Source: a virus
Lineage: Duplodnaviria; Caudoviricetes
DNA: 24,597 bases
IMG/VR virus record: IMGVR_UViG_3300045580_000408
Coordinates: 1-24,597 of that record
Reading direction: 5' to 3' (one strand)
Shown in pieces: positions 22,701-24,597 of this stretch. Position 1 is the first letter of the stretch; each line of letters begins with the position of its first letter. A program made the position numbers and the translations under genes. The notes under the pieces were generated by a model. It saw only the letters and a list, made by a program, of their open reading frames with translations, was not told the origin of the DNA and made no database searches.

Positions 22701-24597
22701 GATGTGACGATCAAAATAGGCATTGGCATGCTGGCGGCGGCAGCTTTTGCCAAGGTGATGGGCTTCCAGCTTGTTGCGTCGTTGGTTGCTGCAGCGCAAA
22801 GCGCACGCACTTTAACCGGATCAATTGCGGCAATGGCAACAGTTTTGCGCACATCAGAGGTGGCGGCCAGGGCGTTCCGGCTTGCGATGACTGGTTTGGT
22901 TGTAGGTGGCATCTTGATGGGAATAGAAGCGCTGGTTAGCGTGGTTGGCAAGCTTGCAAACAGGCTGAGTGACGCACGCAATAGGGCCGTCGAAGCAAGA
23001 GAGGCCATCAAGAGCATGGGGGCTTCCGAGCTGGCTAGCGAGCAGCGTAAAATCTACCTTGCGAAACAAGCCTTAACGGCGGCACGCAAAGGCGGCGGTC
23101 GCGCCATGGTTACCGCCGAACAGTTTGAAATCTTGAAAGGCTACGGACTGGTTAGTGATCTTGAAAAAGGATCGCGTATTGGAAAGCAAGCAGGGAAACC
23201 CACGTTGGAATTGAAGATCAAGCCAGAACTAGTGCCAAGCAGGGAGCTTGGCCTGAATGAGATTCGCGCCCAACAAGAGCGTGCGATGAAGGACTTGTAT
23301 TACACGCCCGTCGCGCCGGAACTTGAGAAAGTGGACCTTGCTCCTGGAAAGCAAAAAAAAGGAGAGAAGAAGAGTATGGATGAGTTGATTGGCGGTGATA
23401 TCAAGCGTCGATTAGACGAAGCAAAGGCGGCACTGGAGTATGACATGTCTATTCGCATGGGGGAGGCCGCCGGCAATGAAGACGCCGAGCGTATGTTGAA
23501 ATACTATGAGCAATACAGAAAGTCTTCGCTTGAGCTTCAGGCAGTACAAGAAACGACTGCACAAGTGCAAAAGTATATGCCGCAACTTATTGCAAATGGC
23601 ATTGATCCAACGGAGAAGCTTGCAGACTTAAGAAGTAAAGAAACTGAGATCTTATACGAAATCGCGACTATCACTCAAAAACATACAAATGACGCGAAGA
23701 AAGCCGCAAAAGACAGGGAAGAGGAACTTAAGAAGGAGGCAGAGCGCAGAAAGCGAATTGTTGAGCTAATTGAAGACGCTGCAATTGCGGCGGGTAAGAT
23801 TGATCAATTTGAAGCCGCTCGCATTCGGCAGCGCAGAGGGTTTGAGGCCGACATTGCTCAAGCCAGGGAGGATGGTAGTCCAGAGCAAGTGGCGCAGTTG
23901 CAATCGTTGCAAGCCCAAACGCCGGTTGCAGGTAGTCTTGCCGAAGCATATCAAAAAATCAAAGATGAACTAAACGCGCTGACTGATCAAACGAGCTTCC
24001 TGACAACGGCGGCCACTGGAGTCGGCGACGCATTTGGGCGCATGTTTACAGACATCTTGACGGGAGCGCAAACGTGGCAAGCGGGGCTTGGCAATGCATT
24101 CAGAAGCGTGGCCAGCATGTTTGCCGACATGGTTGCTCAAATGCTTGCGAAATGGGCTGCCATGCAAATCATTGGAATGCTTCTGCCTGGGGCGGGGTCT
24201 TTTGCTGGTGGCGCCAGAGTTGGCGGATCCGTAAACATGCCCACTGGCGTAGGCATTGGAGCCGGCGGCGGAATCCTCCAGAATGCGGGCGGGCAAGGAT
24301 TTGGTACTTTTGGTCCCAATTTTGGCATTCGCCAATTTGCCACTGGAGGTCTTGTCACTGGCCCCACGTTGGGCCTTGTGGGCGAAGGCCGCTTCAACGA
24401 AGCCGTGGTTCCCTTGCCTAATGGAAAGAGCATTCCAGTGGATCTTGGCCAAGGTGCTGGCAACAACATTTCTACTAACATTGTTGTCAACATGAACAAT
24501 GGTCAATCGAATAGTCAGATGAGCGGACGCGGTGGACAAGCGCTTGGGCGCGAAATCGAAGGGGCTGTTCGTAGCGTCATCCTCAAGGAAACCCGCC
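19776..24597 (+). CDS. Tape measure protein (>1600 aa), 3'-truncated by the window; absent from the ORF track
   Basis: ATG 19776 (MAAELRLGVSFD); same frame contains the TMP core AFAQMASKGQIMSEELKGQLGD (about 22095-22160) and C-terminal FATGGLVTGPTLGLVGEG..NEAVVPL...VILKETR; -10 TACACT at 19743-19748. Frame checked at several points, not codon by codon. Confidence 0.9.
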   Translation, partial: MAAELRLGVSFDLVYFRQQLQKLGRIAASEFTAPIKIKIDRQVVDRELNSLQKAIKRRKYNIELNIAGNLTKQSFDDLQARLDALGKRKKVEVPISIKNAATGKEISDTIAALRVKISQNQSIRQGDGKLKIGISVKAAITNADIAAFKKEVESKFGGINVKARADLPIGLKGAASGKEVADAISALRGRIAQNQTIKQGGGKLRVGLSIKPDIANVDIVNFKRVVTEKFSNLSVNIKANVKPDFASGATGAAGLYEYMRTQGLSGGNVPGAAQAGRRAQFEAAIGSASNKELQAMLRRAKVPGRSALRTGEAMRERLRQLDDAAMESVLGNLEMRMREPRKVERSFLDKVARAVFWMAGVDPEYLRQQAAQRRALPNVSFPATVPPGPSIGPSSTGRSLPAGRTTAGLIGAARAPVGLLPSVTPRSSIKSGVDALFAAGGPQFPMGPSGKLALSTESLRARVDKILTDYFKIAEVTIKEIFNPQDLKRALNIFSYLPQALRDAESRTRQAKVGILSAQGIAGLLPPATAGRAPSTYGGPAQVDRGSFVQQRIAEAYARSAARGAAVMGEGPRGGVLGAGGSGAAGPYRPFAEPPRGGAIVPYQPPSQFGPSSQLPANYFQAGKLAAGIRGLGVDFNQTRLPLAGAVSELGEEFATAAKQVLLFGTAYKALAFFTSLPGQAFEAAKGLQTIGNQLEAVTGSVQNADRSFAFIDDLANRFNVPLQSARDGFVKLYASMAPAGFSGSEIEGLFEGISKATATFGLSADKVDRVNYAFAQMASKGQIMSEELKGQLGDVLPGSLALFARAAQMSIPEFSKAMEDGAFKGEAMAQVLRNVAKIMNADFGGAAANAANTLQGALNGMQNAVQRLYEAFEPLVDLIAASVFPVLQSAIEDATRAIAAFSASATGNTGPANMLEGNARAIYDTMRSVEQIFIAIGNVVSSVAPTFVLFGRVVLSVSEALSRLINNPVGKFLTDVTIKIGIGMLAAAAFAKVMGFQLVASLVAAAQSARTLTGSIAAMATVLRTSEVAARAFRLAMTGLVVGGILMGIEALVSVVGKLANRLSDARNRAVEAREAIKSMGASELASEQRKIYLAKQALTAARKGGGRAMVTAEQFEILKGYGLVSDLEKGSRIGKQAGKPTLELKIKPELVPSRELGLNEIRAQQERAMKDLYYTPVAPELEKVDLAPGKQKKGEKKSMDELIGGDIKRRLDEAKAALEYDMSIRMGEAAGNEDAERMLKYYEQYRKSSLELQAVQETTAQVQKYMPQLIANGIDPTEKLADLRSKETEILYEIATITQKHTNDAKKAAKDREEELKKEAERRKRIVELIEDAAIAAGKIDQFEAARIRQRRGFEADIAQAREDGSPEQVAQLQSLQAQTPVAGSLAEAYQKIKDELNALTDQTSFLTTAATGVGDAFGRMFTDILTGAQTWQAGLGNAFRSVASMFADMVAQMLAKWAAMQIIGMLLPGAGSFAGGARVGGSVNMPTGVGIGAGGGILQNAGGQGFGTFGPNFGIRQFATGGLVTGPTLGLVGEGRFNEAVVPLPNGKSIPVDLGQGAGNNISTNIVVNMNNGQSNSQMSGRGGQALGREIEGAVRSVILKETR
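20052..20495 (+). repeat. Two diverged 222-nt (74-aa) tandem repeats in the TMP N-terminal region
   Basis: VPISIKNAATGKEISDTIAALRVKISQNQSIRQGDGKLKIGISVK... versus LPIGLKGAASGKEVADAISALRGRIAQNQTIKQGGGKLRVGLSIK... Confidence 0.85.

Noticed and set aside
19835-24539. Many short ORFs on both strands in the track
   Set aside because: All lie within the tape measure frame starting at 19776, which the track omitted, most likely because its stop is outside the window.

Overview
The window is a segment of a tailed dsDNA cyanophage genome with siphovirus-type morphogenesis genes. A picocyanobacterial host (Synechococcus/Cyanobium-like) is inferred from a CP12-like gene, a glutamine-II 'Downstream-peptide' riboswitch with a DUF4278-type peptide, and a cyanophage-type class I RNR beta subunit. 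Left part (1-4719): end of nrdB, a ~270-nt highly structured intergenic RNA, a metallophosphoesterase, small cyanophage ORFs, then a minus-strand block (PD-(D/E)XK nuclease, terminase large subunit, CP12-like, a multi-hairpin RNA, tRNA-Thr(UGU), riboswitch and peptide). Right part (4791-end, mostly +): portal with C-terminal extension, head morphogenesis protein, a four-gene glycosyl/methyltransferase cassette, small head-region proteins, DUF2213 protease/scaffold, decoration protein, DUF2184 major capsid, neck and tail genes, a -1 frameshifted tail chaperone and a >1600-aa tape measure protein running off the edge. Most striking: (i) two antisense free-standing homing endonucleases, each inserted inside a gene and supplying a recoded replacement end (a new 5' end in one case, a new 3' end in the other), with the displaced original end still visible; (ii) a 16-aa copy of the major-capsid N-terminal arm inside the portal tail; (iii) a candidate virion-glycosylation cassette; (iv) two unassigned structured RNAs. 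All family assignments come from motif recognition by eye, not database searches.
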